Notes: a model not told the origin generated them from the sequence alone. Numbered from the stretch's first letter, positions 18,087 to 29,212 are shown. The stretch is 64,000 nt of DNA from an uncultured Desulfobacter sp. (GCA_963665095.1 OY762069.1:6080001-6144000), one strand, 5' to 3'. Numbers and translations: made by a program.

Positions 18087-20528
18087 ATGAGACACCGCAT
18101 AGAAGCCTGGTTTGAAACACTTGCAGGCATGATCCATGACAGATCTTTGGTGTTTATTCTGGTCAGCATACTGGTGGCCGCAGGATTAGGCTCCCAGGCG
18201 CCCAAGCTGCGCATAGATACCAGTAATGAGAGTTTTTTCCACCATACCGACCCGGTTCTCACGGTCTACAACGACTTCAAGGCACAGTTCGGATCTGATG
18301 AACTGGTCATTGTGGCGGTTGAGTGCCCTGATATCTTTGACCGGAACTTTCTGCAGCGCCTGACCAAACTGCACAAAGACCTGGCCGACAACGTGCCCCA
18401 CCTTGCCGATATCACCTCCCTGGTCAATGCCCGCAATACCCGGGGTGAAGCCGATGCCCTTATTGTGGAGGACCTTCTGGCGCATTTTCCCCGGAATGAT
18501 GCCGAACTCGCGGCGTTGAAAGACCGGGCCATGTCCAATCCCTTATATATACACCGGTTGATCTCCCCGGATGCAAAAATGACCTGCATTGTCCTTGAGA
18601 CTGAGCTTGCCGACACCGGGGCACCGGACGATGTCCTGGCAGGGTTTGATGACTCAACAAAAGCAGCAGCGCCATCGTCCGGGAAAACCAAAAATGAAAT
18701 TGCCGAAACCGTTGTCAATACGGTCCAACAGATTACCGACACCTATGACAGCAAAGACTTCCGCATTGGGCTTGCCGGTATTCCCGTGGTTCTTAAGGTC
18801 CAGAAAGAGGCTATGATCAAGGATATGGGCAGATTTCTGATGCTGGCGGTTCTGACCATCGGCATCTGTCTTTTTTTCATGTTCCGCCGCCTGTCCGGGG
18901 TGTTCCTGCCCATTCTGGTGGTCCTGCTTTCCCTTGTTTCCACTCTGGGACTCATGGGGATGTCCAATGTTCCCTTTACCCTGCCCACCATGATCCTGCC
19001 ATCCTTTCTGCTGGCTGTTGGGGTAGGTGCGGCTGTCCATATTCTCTCACTGGTTTTCCGGCGCATGGGGCATGGTGAAGATAAGCGTACTGCCATCATT
19101 TACGCCCTGGGTCATTCCGGTATCGCCATTATGACCACCAGTGTCACCACGGCCATCGGCCTTGCCTCCTTTGCCACCACGGCCCTTGCCCCGGTATCGG
19201 CTTTGGGCATTTTCGGCAGTGCAGGGGTGCTTTTAAGCCTGTTCTACACCATCCTGCTGACCCCGGCGCTTCTGGCCGTTTTTCCCATAAAACAAAAAGT
19301 CGGCAAACCTTCAGCCGGTCGCAGCAATGACCGGTTCGACCATATCATGGACAAGGTCACTGAACTTGTGTCCCGCCGGCCTAAAACCATTGTGGTGATC
19401 ACGGTGTTACTGATGGTCGCCGGCTTAGGCAGTGCATTTCGCCTGCAGTTTTCCCACCATGTGCTTCACTGGCAGCCCGAATCCTGGGAGAGCCGCAGGG
19501 CCACTGAACGTATCGACAAAGTCATGGGCGGTACGGTCAACCTTGAAATCGTGGTGGACACAGGAAAAGAAAACGGACTGTACGACCCTGACATTCTCAC
19601 GGGCCTGGACCGGCTTGCCGGGGAATTAAAAGCCTTTGATGACGGAAAGGTAAAGGTGGCCAATGCCACCAGCGTGGCCGACATCCTTAAAGAGATCCAC
19701 CAGGCCTTAAACGAAAACAACCCTGAATTTTATAGGATTCCGGATAATGCAGACCTGATTCCCCAGGAGTTCCTGCTTTTTGAAAATTCAGGGTCTGATG
19801 ATCTTGAAAAGGTGATTGACGCCGCTTTCCAGAAGGCACGCTTTACCATCCAGGTGCCCTGGAAGGATATTTTCTACTACACGGGGCTGCTTAAAACCAT
19901 ACAAACCGAATTCCAAACCACCTTTGAAAACCGGGCAACTGTTACCACCACAGGGCTTTTGCAGCTCTTTGTCCATACGGTAAAGGCAGCCACCAGATCC
20001 ATGGCCCAGGGGTATGTCACCGCAGCCGTACTGATCACCGTGATGATGATCCTGCTGGTGGGCGGATTTCGCATGGGTCTTGTCTCCATGATCCCCAACC
20101 TGTCTCCGGTAATTTTTGTCATGGGACTGATGTACTGGTTCAAGCTGCCCTTGGATACCTACACCATGATGATCGGCACCATCTCCCTGGGACTTGCCGT
20201 GGACGATACGGTTCATTTTCTGAACGGGTTCAGACGATACATGGGGCATGGCCTTGATGCCCGGGAGGCTGTGCGCCAGACCCTTCGTACCTCGGGCCGG
20301 GCCATGCTCATCACCACGGTGGTGCTGGCGTTGGGTTTTATCACATTTATCTTTGCGTCCATGCTCAATATTCAGCGCTTCGGTTTTTTGACGGGCGTTA
20401 CCCTGATCCTGGCACTTTTAGCAGATTTTCTGTCCGTGCCCGCGCTGATGATGCTCCTGTACCCTGAAAGAGAGGTGGCAAGTCAGTCTATTTCCATATC
20501 ACAAAAATTAGAAGGAGAGATTTCATGA
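18087..20528 (+). CDS. MMPL/RND-family transporter
   Basis: Two repeats of periplasmic loop plus TM bundle; GLAVDDTVH motif. Confidence 0.9.
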   Translation: MRHRIEAWFETLAGMIHDRSLVFILVSILVAAGLGSQAPKLRIDTSNESFFHHTDPVLTVYNDFKAQFGSDELVIVAVECPDIFDRNFLQRLTKLHKDLADNVPHLADITSLVNARNTRGEADALIVEDLLAHFPRNDAELAALKDRAMSNPLYIHRLISPDAKMTCIVLETELADTGAPDDVLAGFDDSTKAAAPSSGKTKNEIAETVVNTVQQITDTYDSKDFRIGLAGIPVVLKVQKEAMIKDMGRFLMLAVLTIGICLFFMFRRLSGVFLPILVVLLSLVSTLGLMGMSNVPFTLPTMILPSFLLAVGVGAAVHILSLVFRRMGHGEDKRTAIIYALGHSGIAIMTTSVTTAIGLASFATTALAPVSALGIFGSAGVLLSLFYTILLTPALLAVFPIKQKVGKPSAGRSNDRFDHIMDKVTELVSRRPKTIVVITVLLMVAGLGSAFRLQFSHHVLHWQPESWESRRATERIDKVMGGTVNLEIVVDTGKENGLYDPDILTGLDRLAGELKAFDDGKVKVANATSVADILKEIHQALNENNPEFYRIPDNADLIPQEFLLFENSGSDDLEKVIDAAFQKARFTIQVPWKDIFYYTGLLKTIQTEFQTTFENRATVTTTGLLQLFVHTVKAATRSMAQGYVTAAVLITVMMILLVGGFRMGLVSMIPNLSPVIFVMGLMYWFKLPLDTYTMMIGTISLGLAVDDTVHFLNGFRRYMGHGLDAREAVRQTLRTSGRAMLITTVVLALGFITFIFASMLNIQRFGFLTGVTLILALLADFLSVPALMMLLYPEREVASQSISISQKLEGEIS

Positions 20529-21343
20529 AACAGATATCCACGCGTTTGACCTTACTTTTCACGACTGTGGCCGCTTTTTTGTTCCTTTTTTCACTGCCCT
20601 GCACGGCCGGTTCCCTGACAGCCCTCGAGATCATGCAAAAGGCCGATGCCCGGGATGACGGAGACAACATGACCTGCGACCGCACCATGGTCCTGATCGA
20701 CAAAAACGGGCACAAACGGAATCGGACCATGAAATCTTTCACCAAGGACAAGGGAGAGGACACGCTTAAGCTGATGTTTTTTACGGCCCCGACGGATGTG
20801 CGCGATACCGGTTTTCTGACCTGGGACTACCGGGAAGGAGATAAAGATGATGACCAGTGGCTGTATTTACCGGAACTTAAAAAAGTCAAACGTATTGCCT
20901 CTGCGGATAAATCCGGGGCCTTTATGGGGTCGGACTTTTCCTATGCGGACATGACCAAACGGGTGGTTGAGGAGTGGCGCTATAAACTGATAAAAACCGA
21001 TACTGTCAGAGATAAGGCGTGCTGGCTCATTGAGGCGGTACCTAAAAACGAGATCGTGAAAGAACGTTACGGCTATAAAAAGTCCGTCCTTTTTGTTCGA
21101 CAGGATATTTTCATGGTGTGCCGTGCTGTCCACTGGCTGGATGAGGGAAATAAGATCAAGTACGTGGATCTGCCGGATATCCGGGAGATTGACGGCATAT
21201 GGACTGCCATGGAGATTACGGCCAAAACCGTTCGCAACGGCAAGACCCTGCACCGCACTGTTTTTGGCTCTGGGAATGTTAAGTACGGACAGGATATTGA
21301 AGAGAATATGTTTACAACCAGGCAGCTTGAAAAGGGCATTTAG
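20525..21343 (+). CDS. Outer-membrane lipoprotein-sorting (LolA-like) protein
   Basis: DDQWLYLPELKKVKRI and FMGSDFSYAD motifs; signal peptide. Confidence 0.85.
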   Translation: MKQISTRLTLLFTTVAAFLFLFSLPCTAGSLTALEIMQKADARDDGDNMTCDRTMVLIDKNGHKRNRTMKSFTKDKGEDTLKLMFFTAPTDVRDTGFLTWDYREGDKDDDQWLYLPELKKVKRIASADKSGAFMGSDFSYADMTKRVVEEWRYKLIKTDTVRDKACWLIEAVPKNEIVKERYGYKKSVLFVRQDIFMVCRAVHWLDEGNKIKYVDLPDIREIDGIWTAMEITAKTVRNGKTLHRTVFGSGNVKYGQDIEENMFTTRQLEKGI

Positions 21344-21344
21344 G

Positions 21345-21466
21345 GTTTGAACGACAATTCACCTATCTGCCGCGTTGCTGCAACAATCTGCAATCCTTAC
21401 AACCATAAGGTTGCTCCGGTTGCAGATTGTCTTGCGCCTTGCATATGTGCAAATTCTCGTCCAAAC
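21345..21466 (+). repeat. Palindromic ERIC/MITE-like intergenic repeat, copy 1
   Basis: Ends GTTTGAACGA...TCGTCCAAAC; inner stem ACAATCTGCAA/TTGCAGATTGT; homologous to reverse complement of 42630-42755. Confidence 0.8.
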
Positions 21467-21527
21467 ATCGAACTTGGGAATTGTTTTTCTTTACGCAAAA
21501 GTGCTGCTACAAAAATGGTGAATCATT

Positions 21528-22976
21528 ATGATAAAAAATCAGAACAATCAGATGCGATTTATATTTGGTGTCCTGTTGTTCCTGCTGTTTATCGCACTGC
21601 ACGGCCCGGTTCAGGCAGATGCGCTTGACCAGGTGCTGGAAGGGTTTGATGCCACTGAATCTGACACCACGGACCATAGAGATACGCTGGGGGATGTGCT
21701 GGAAGGGTTTGAGGTGCCTGAAGACCGGGTGTCCTCTGATGAGGCAGATTCCTCCTCCCAAAGCCCGGTTCATTTGAGCGGGGCTGCCGGCTTGGCCGGG
21801 GCCGTGAACCTGGTTTCCCATCAGCGGCCAAAAGGGAGTGAAAACCGGCAGGGCCTGGCCAAACTTCGGGGAGAGCTGGACCTGACCTGTGATCTTACCC
21901 TTGGTCGCACCTGGCGGGCCAGGGCCACAGGCACCGCTTTTTATGATGCTGCCTTTCGTCTCAACGGCAGGGACAACTACACCGAACAAACCCTGGATCA
22001 GTATGAGCATGAAGGGGAACTCGGGGAAACCTGGCTTCAGGGCAGCCTCCTGTCCGGCCTGGACATCAGGGTCGGACGCCAGATCGTGGTCTGGGGGAAA
22101 TCCGACAATATCCGGGTGACCGACATTCTTAACCCAATGGATAAAAGGGAGCCTGGCATGACCGATATTGAGGATCTTAGGCTGCCCGTGACCATGACAC
22201 GTCTGGACTACAGTCTGGGGCAATGGGTCGTTACAGGCATTGCCGTCCATGAAATCAGATTTGACAAGTGGCCGGTCTTTGGCAGCGACTATTATACCTC
22301 AGACACAATCCTGCCCGAAGAAGAGACGCAGAAGAGCTCTTTTGACAACCAGGAACTGGGACTGAGTATCGCAGGGACATTCAGCAGCTGGGAAACCGCC
22401 TTTTACTGGGCCCGCCTCTTTGACGATACAAGTCATATGGAATTGGTATCAGACGGAACCTGTAAACGTCTCCATGCCCGGATTACCATGCTGGGCACCG
22501 CTGTCAGCCTTGCCCGGGGCAACTGGCTGTATAAGGCCGAAGCTGCCCTGCTGGACGGCCTAAAATTCGCAGCCCTGCCCGGCCAGGACAAAACGCGCCT
22601 GGATGTCCTGGCCGGCATTGATTACTCAGGTTTCACCAACACCACTATCACCCTGGAGGCAGCCAACCGCCATCTGTTTGGATTTCAGGATAGTATGGCC
22701 CAATCCCCGGATTATGCCCGGGAAGACGAATTCCAGTGGGCCTTTCGCATCAGCCGTAATTTTCTGCATGACCGGCTGGAAACGGTGCTTCTTGTCCAGA
22801 GCTACGAGCCTCTGGGGCAGGGCGGGGCTCTGGAACGGCTGATGTGTATCTATGATCTGACAGATCACTGGGAAGCGACCATGGGGGTCGTTCTTTATCA
22901 GTCGGGTGACAAACCGGCATTTAAGGATTTAAACGAGTGCAACCGGCTATTCTTTAGCGTGCACTACTCATTTTGA
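21528..22976 (+). CDS. DUF1302-like outer-membrane beta-barrel protein
   Basis: Signal peptide, GRQIVVWG...DILNP motif, C-terminal YSF; usual partner of MMPL and LolA-like genes. Confidence 0.75.
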   Translation: MIKNQNNQMRFIFGVLLFLLFIALHGPVQADALDQVLEGFDATESDTTDHRDTLGDVLEGFEVPEDRVSSDEADSSSQSPVHLSGAAGLAGAVNLVSHQRPKGSENRQGLAKLRGELDLTCDLTLGRTWRARATGTAFYDAAFRLNGRDNYTEQTLDQYEHEGELGETWLQGSLLSGLDIRVGRQIVVWGKSDNIRVTDILNPMDKREPGMTDIEDLRLPVTMTRLDYSLGQWVVTGIAVHEIRFDKWPVFGSDYYTSDTILPEEETQKSSFDNQELGLSIAGTFSSWETAFYWARLFDDTSHMELVSDGTCKRLHARITMLGTAVSLARGNWLYKAEAALLDGLKFAALPGQDKTRLDVLAGIDYSGFTNTTITLEAANRHLFGFQDSMAQSPDYAREDEFQWAFRISRNFLHDRLETVLLVQSYEPLGQGGALERLMCIYDLTDHWEATMGVVLYQSGDKPAFKDLNECNRLFFSVHYSF

Positions 22977-23118
22977 AATAAGGAGATGATGACCAGCCTT
23001 GGAATCAAGGTTTACCGTATTGATAAAAAATATCCGTACATGGCCATTACCATTCAGAAATAAACCAAATACAGTTTTGGGAATAACAGAAAGAAGGGTC
23101 AAAAAAATTGAAATTGCC

Positions 23119-24657
23119 TTACTCGCTGAACGCCATGTCATAAAAGTAAAGGTACGTGTCAGCCCTGGGCGACATGACAACGTTTTTTTGGGTGGCATAC
23201 AGATCCACCTGGTAATGAAGCGGAATGATGCACTGATCCTCGATCAGGCTTTTATGCATGGCATTGATCAGTACCTGTTCCCGTTTTTTTTCATCAAATA
23301 TCATGGCGGAATCCTCAATAAGCTGGTCCACCTCGGGATTGGCGTAGCGGCCGCCGTTGTACGCGCCATAACCTCTTTCATCGTCAAAGGCGTGCAACGT
23401 CGCATCCAGAAATCCTGAACCGTCCCCGTCGCTGCAGGCCCAGCCCAGCAGATAAAATGAGGTGTCGGCATTGAGAACTTTTGGGAAAAATTGCGCTTTG
23501 GGCATAGCATTGACTTCTACGGTGATTCCGATTTTGGACAGGCACAGTGCCACTGCCTGGGCAATTTTTTCATCGTTTATATACCTGTCATTGGGAGAAT
23601 CCAGCACCACTGTGAATCCGTTTTTAAAACCTGCCTGGGCAAGCAGTGCTTTTGCTTTTTCAAGATCGTAGGCCGGTCGCGTTACAGAAGGATCATTGCC
23701 GTTTACAGGTACCGGATAGAACTGTCCGGCCGGCTGGGCAAACCCGCTCATAACCCTTTTGATGATCAATGCTTCGTTGATCCCGTAATAAAGGGCCTTT
23801 CTTACCCTGACATCTTTGAATGGATTGGCGTTAATTCCCTTAATATAAGGACTTTTTCCCCGGGACTGATCCATCTGAAGAAAGATTAATCGTAAACCCG
23901 GTCGGGTAGAAAATGTTAAATTTTCATTGGCTTTTATATGAAAAACCTCTGTTGCAGGAATCCGGGTGGCCAGGTCCACATAATTTGACAATATGGCTAA
24001 GGCTCGGAGTTTATCATCTGGATAGGGGAAGACCTGAACCTTTTCAATGGCGGGTTTTCCCCGAAAGTAGTTGTTGTTGGCTTTCAGGCGCAGCACCTTG
24101 CCCGGATACCAGCTCTCAAGCTGATAGGGCCCTGTGCCCACAGGTATCTGGCCAAGTTCCTGATCAGAAAGAAATTCCGAATACTCCTGGTCCATGATTC
24201 TTACAGCACTCAGTTTTCTGAGCAGGATCGGGTAAGGACCTCTGGTAATAATGTTCACGGTATAGTCATCTATCTTTTCAATCCGTTTAATGGCCGTCAC
24301 CACACTTTTAAACCGTGATGTTTTATTATTTTTCGCACGCCCAAAACTCCAGACCACATCATCTGCCGTAAAGGGATTTCCATTGTGAAACCGGACATTT
24401 TTCTGCAGGGTGAATTGCCAGGTCACATTGTCGAGCTGCTTCCAGGATTTGGCCAGGACCGGATAGGGATTAAGATCTTTGTCAAAATTCAACAGCCCGT
24501 CAAATATATTGTAGTTAATACTGTTGGTGGGTGATTCATTATGGAAGTACGGATCCAAAGACACCACGGGGGAATCTGTGGCCACCTTGAGAGTGGCTGT
24601 GGTTCCGGCGGAAGGAATGAAAACAAATAGAAGAAAAAGAAAGAACGGCTTTTTCAT
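23119..24657 (-). CDS. ABC transporter substrate-binding protein, family 5 (DppA-like), orphan
   Basis: SLDP, LAKSW, FHNGNPFTADDV, GTGPY and DVRVRKAL motifs. Confidence 0.9.
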   Translation of the reverse strand: MKKPFFLFLLFVFIPSAGTTATLKVATDSPVVSLDPYFHNESPTNSINYNIFDGLLNFDKDLNPYPVLAKSWKQLDNVTWQFTLQKNVRFHNGNPFTADDVVWSFGRAKNNKTSRFKSVVTAIKRIEKIDDYTVNIITRGPYPILLRKLSAVRIMDQEYSEFLSDQELGQIPVGTGPYQLESWYPGKVLRLKANNNYFRGKPAIEKVQVFPYPDDKLRALAILSNYVDLATRIPATEVFHIKANENLTFSTRPGLRLIFLQMDQSRGKSPYIKGINANPFKDVRVRKALYYGINEALIIKRVMSGFAQPAGQFYPVPVNGNDPSVTRPAYDLEKAKALLAQAGFKNGFTVVLDSPNDRYINDEKIAQAVALCLSKIGITVEVNAMPKAQFFPKVLNADTSFYLLGWACSDGDGSGFLDATLHAFDDERGYGAYNGGRYANPEVDQLIEDSAMIFDEKKREQVLINAMHKSLIEDQCIIPLHYQVDLYATQKNVVMSPRADTYLYFYDMAFSE

Positions 24658-24907
24658 GATTAAATCCCGTTTAAACTTATGCTGCTGTGGAAGATAGTTT
24701 TTATTTCGGTGAAATGAACCCGAAAATTTTAATTTAATGATTCACAATATATACATGAATATCGATTACTTTCATATGAAAATATCGGTACAGGCAAAGG
24801 CCTGTTTGTGTCTGGCTGAACGAATTAAAAAATCCCTTGATTTTTTACTTTCGTCAAACAAGGTATAGTAATACTTAACCTTTCTTCTGCAAAGGAGCGT
24901 ATGCTAC

Positions 24908-25401
24908 ATGAAAGAGATCCGATTGCACGGCCGTGGCGGGCAGGGTTCGCTCATCGCATCAAAAATCCTGGCTGTGGCTGCATTTGAAGAAGGCAGCCGG
25001 GTGCAGTCCTTTCCCAAATTCGGGGTTGAGCCAAGAGGGGACCTGTTGAAGCGTTCCTGCAAATCGCAAAGGATAAAATCCTGGGTCGAAGCGAAGTAAC
25101 CACCCCCGTCAATACGGCGATCTGCGGGGACTTTGCAAACAGTTCCTGCCTATTGGGTATTGACGCGGCCGAACGGAACGAAGACATCATTTATATCTGC
25201 TATGACAACGAGGCCTATATGAACACCGGGGTCCAGCGCTCTTCTGCTACTCCGGAGCTGGCCTGGACCACCACCACGCCGGTGGAAACCTATCTCTATC
25301 CCCGGGGAAGGTTCCGCCACCGGACCGATACCGATTATGGTGAGATTCAGAAAAAAGTAGACCATGAGTGGGATTACCTGAACAGGTTGTCAAAGATGTA
25401 A
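24908..25401 (+). pseudogene. Collapsed 2-oxoacid:ferredoxin oxidoreductase operon remnant (gamma N-terminus fused to beta fragments)
   Basis: [13 protein letters not shown] (gamma), frameshift near 25035, then [19 protein letters not shown] (beta TPP region) joined to the beta C-terminus [10 protein letters not shown]. Confidence 0.75.
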
Positions 25402-25584
25402 GTCCGGTTGATACAGCATGTGTAATTATAAAAATTATATTGACGCCTAAAAGCGACATTAGTAAGTGTTGGCCTTGAGTTATTAACCAACACTTTGGAG
25501 ACGTCAGGGGTTGGTGCTGCTCATGGCCCTGAAATGGCTGGCGCCAGGCAAAAAACGCTGATCTGCTGAAAAGGAGAAAACCCC

Positions 25585-26001
25585 ATGTGCCATCTGCTTA
25601 TGAGCAACATCCGGTCACAGTTTGTTATGGTTGACCACCTCGAAATCCAAAAAGGAGAGCTGTTGGTACTCATTGGTCCCTCCGGGGCCGGTAAATTCTC
25701 CCTGTTAAACATGCTGGCCGGATTTCTTCCCCATACCGGAGACATTTTACTGGACAACCGCCCCATCCAGCACCTGCCACCCCACCAGCGGCAGATCGGA
25801 TACCTGTTCCAGGATCTGTACCTGTTTCCCCACATGACGGTTTACCAGAATCTGAAAATTGCCCTGCAGGCCTTAAAGAGGATTTTCTTCCAGGACCGCA
25901 GGCCGTCTCCCCTTTGGTTCAGATTCCGGCACTTGTCTGATGCTGACCTGAAGCAGATCCAGCATAAGATGGCCATGGATGTATCTACCTTTGCTGTCTG
26001 A
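25585..26001 (+). pseudogene. Truncated ABC ATPase (ModC/PotA-like) N-terminal half
   Basis: Degenerate Walker A GPSGAGKF, IGYLFQDLYLFPHMTV, then no signature motif or Walker B. Confidence 0.7.
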
Positions 26002-26289
26002 AATGAAAAACCGAACAGCACAGCATCAAGCGGACTTATCGTTGATTGACATGGAATTAATCCACCGATATAGTGACAGTTATCTCAACTGTTCCTTTTT
26101 GTTAAAAGCCATCATAAAATAATCTTTCGGCCCAACTTTCTCATTGGATGAAAATCTTTATTTTGTGATAGCTTCTGTATAAAAATTTTAGCAGGCGGCT
26201 GAATCACTTTTTTTTGCCACAGGTTCCCACCAATTAAGGAAGCCAGGCGCTGTCTGCGGTGGATATGAACTGTAAAAGGGATATTTTTC

Positions 26290-27561
26290 ATGAAGAGGCT
26301 TACTTGTTTGATATTAGGCGTGGTAACCCTTGTACTTGTGGCCTGCCAGGGGGGATCGGGCGATGGTGACAGCAATACTTTCCAGAACCAGGCCCTCAAT
26401 AGCAGAATATCCAGTGTCCAGCCCATGACCGGCATTGTGTTCTGGGCAGACAACGAGAATGTGGATACCCCTGCCATCCAACTGGAATTCAGCTATATCG
26501 GATATAATGACGTCGTGGACGAAACTGAAGGGGAATATGACTGGTCCGGGGTTGAAAGTCTTCTTGATCAGGCGGCTTCCCGGGGGCATCAGGCCATTCT
26601 GCGCTTTTATTTTGTATATCCGGGTTTTGAAACCACCGTGCCGGGTTATATAAAAGCTATGTCCGGTTATTCGGAAACAAAAGGGACCAGTGAGGGCCAG
26701 GAGACCTGGTTCCCCGACTGGGACCATGAATCATTACAGGCGTTTGTTCTTGAATTTTATACCCGGCTCTCCCTTCAATACGATGATGATCCCCGTATTG
26801 CATTCCTGCAGACCGGATTCGGGTTGTGGGGGGAGTATCACATATATGACGGGCCTTTCACCCTGGGGCAGACCTTTCCGGACAAAGTGTTTCAAACCCG
26901 GTTCATAGAGCATATGGCAGGGGTCTTCAGCGCGTTGCACTGGAGTATTTCCATTGATGCCGCAGACAGTACTTACAGTCCCTTTGAGGGTGACACGGAG
27001 TTGACCGGACTTGGTTTTGGTTTGTTTGATGATTCCTTTATGTGTGAGGACCACGATGACTACAATACCGACTGCTGGAACTTTTTTGACCGCAGCCGCT
27101 ACCTGACTGCCCCTGCAGGGGGTGAGTTCAGTTATTATACCGATTATGACCAGGCGCATGTACTGGATAGTGACGGAATATACGGCACCACCTTTGAGGC
27201 TGAAGCCGCTGATTTTCACATCAGCTACATGATTGGAAACGATCAGCTCTCTTACCAGACCCTGGACCGGATTGAGCAGGCAGGAATGGCCACCGGGTAT
27301 GCCTTCCGGATTACCAGATTTCAGACCAAAGATGATGCCGCAATCATTGACATAAAAAATACAGGGACGGCTCCCATTTATTACGATGCCTATGTGGCCG
27401 TGAACGCTGTGCGTGCACCAGAGTCTTTAAAAGGCCTTGCCCCGGGCGACACCTTGACCTGCCATGTCGCATCCGGCGGGGATGACCCGGTTGTCACCAT
27501 AGCGTGCGACCGCCTGGTCAGCGGGCAAACCATTGGGTATGAAGCAAGCTTGAATCCTTAA
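26290..27561 (+). CDS. Lipoprotein with glycoside-hydrolase-like (DUF4832-type) domain
   Basis: Lipobox LVAC; YDWS, GHQAILRF, YDDDPRIAFLQ, GLWGEYH, GGEF and NTGTAPIY motifs. Confidence 0.65.
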   Translation: MKRLTCLILGVVTLVLVACQGGSGDGDSNTFQNQALNSRISSVQPMTGIVFWADNENVDTPAIQLEFSYIGYNDVVDETEGEYDWSGVESLLDQAASRGHQAILRFYFVYPGFETTVPGYIKAMSGYSETKGTSEGQETWFPDWDHESLQAFVLEFYTRLSLQYDDDPRIAFLQTGFGLWGEYHIYDGPFTLGQTFPDKVFQTRFIEHMAGVFSALHWSISIDAADSTYSPFEGDTELTGLGFGLFDDSFMCEDHDDYNTDCWNFFDRSRYLTAPAGGEFSYYTDYDQAHVLDSDGIYGTTFEAEAADFHISYMIGNDQLSYQTLDRIEQAGMATGYAFRITRFQTKDDAAIIDIKNTGTAPIYYDAYVAVNAVRAPESLKGLAPGDTLTCHVASGGDDPVVTIACDRLVSGQTIGYEASLNP

Positions 27562-27816
27562 CCCAGATATTTCATGAAATATTTCCGGTTCAGTTGCAAG
27601 GTACAGGCCGGGAAGCAGCAGCTGCATGCCGCAACCGAATTTGTGTCTGAACTAAAACCCCGTGTTTGGTGCTTGGACGTGAAATTGGCTGTTTTCAAGG
27701 CCTGTTTAAATCGGTATAGTAAGTAATTTAATTCTGCGCCTGTTAAGCAGACCAGATGATGTTGAAAGGCTTGAAGTCAGGCCTGGACGTTGGTATTAGC
27801 AGTAAAGGAACTTCCA

Positions 27817-28545
27817 ATGGATATTAATGATATTTATCTACAGTTAAAAGAGACATTAAAAGCAGAAATCATCCGGCACAACCTGTCGGATAAGACCATA
27901 GATATCACTTGCAAACCGTTATCCGTAAAAGAGGCCATTGGCACGCCGGAGCATGACGACTATCCCATCGTCAAGGGTAGAGAGGTGATGATGGCAGCCA
28001 GTTTTAACGGAGCATTCGGCCAGGCATTTACCGATGAGTACACTGATATTTCCCTGTCAGTGGAAGATCTGCTTAACATAGACCACACCCAGACCAATGA
28101 ACGGGCCATTTTCATAGCCGGACTCAATGCCGTGTATCGCTCACTCGGGCTTTGCGAAAAAACAATCCACTGCAAAGACAAGGAGCCGGTGGAGTGTGCC
28201 CGGAATCTGGTTCAGATGCCTGAATTTTCAGGTAAAAAGATCCTTCTGGCAGGACTTCAGCCTCGGTTTCTGGAGTATCTGTCCGGATGCAATACCATGC
28301 GTGCCCTGGATCTGGATCCGGACAATATTGGAACCGAACGGTTTGGCACCACCATCGAATCCGGAGACCAGTTTGAGGACGCCCTTCAGTGGTGCGACAT
28401 GATCTTTGCCACAGGTTCCACCATTGTGAACGGCACAATAACCAACTTCTTGAATTCCGGCAAGCCTTCGGTCTTTTTCGGGGTGACCATCAGTGCCCCG
28501 GCAAAAATCTTAGGGCTTTCAAGCTATTGCCACTGCGGGCATTAA
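27817..28545 (+). CDS. DUF364/Rossmann-like putative metal-chelation domain protein
   Basis: AAGGA RBS before ATG 27817; GQAFTD, LNAV and ATGSTIVNGT motifs. Confidence 0.7.
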   Translation: MDINDIYLQLKETLKAEIIRHNLSDKTIDITCKPLSVKEAIGTPEHDDYPIVKGREVMMAASFNGAFGQAFTDEYTDISLSVEDLLNIDHTQTNERAIFIAGLNAVYRSLGLCEKTIHCKDKEPVECARNLVQMPEFSGKKILLAGLQPRFLEYLSGCNTMRALDLDPDNIGTERFGTTIESGDQFEDALQWCDMIFATGSTIVNGTITNFLNSGKPSVFFGVTISAPAKILGLSSYCHCGH

Positions 28546-29077
28546 TTAGGCATCACGCAAAAAAGGGAACCATGAACCCGGACCATGGAGAGCTGGGGGC
28601 ACAGTTCGCTGTCAATTTTCCGGGCATTGATCAGGGTCCTGCGGTCATCCAGGGGATCCGGCACCAGTGGTGTGACATGGGGATGGGAGGTTCGTGTCAG
28701 ATAGATAGCCATGGAGAGAAGAACGCCCGTATAAATGGCAAACTCAATGGCAAAAAACAGGGTCCCGGCAAAAGTGACGACAAGAACAAAGGTATCAGGG
28801 CGGCTGCTTTTAAGGATCTCCCTGATATGATGGACATCGATTAGTTTAAAGGCCACAAACAGGATGACCCCACCGGATACCGGATAAACCAGAACACAGA
28901 AACCAGATCCGGTACCATAACCAGCTCCAGCAGGCCGAACACCGCATAAAGAGAGGCTGCCGCTATTGTGCCCGCCCGGGTTCGTCTTAATGTGTCCTTG
29001 TGAAAATATCCCAGGAAAGCCTGCTCCAGGGACGCACAAGGCCCGGTAAAAGTCAGGGTAAATCGGTTGTAGTCCAA
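28542..29077 (-). pseudogene. Chimeric remnant: membrane sensor N-terminus joined to an internal SulP (sulfate permease) fragment
   Basis: 29077-28841 MDYNRFTLTF...FWFIRY resembles cyclase/kinase TM sensor starts; 28850-28542 IEFAIYTGVLLS...RTSHPHV...CPQL..RVHGSLF is the SulP TM-to-STAS junction. Confidence 0.6.
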
Positions 29078-29212
29078 GAGGCGTGCCCTTTGTAAGAGAG
29101 GTTACCCCAATAAAATAGCAAGCCTTTACAGGCCTTTGCAAGGCTTTTATCCGCTATGCAGGCAGGTGCCCGGGCTTTGGTTGAAACGGGGCACCCTGCC
29201 TGTATTTATAGG

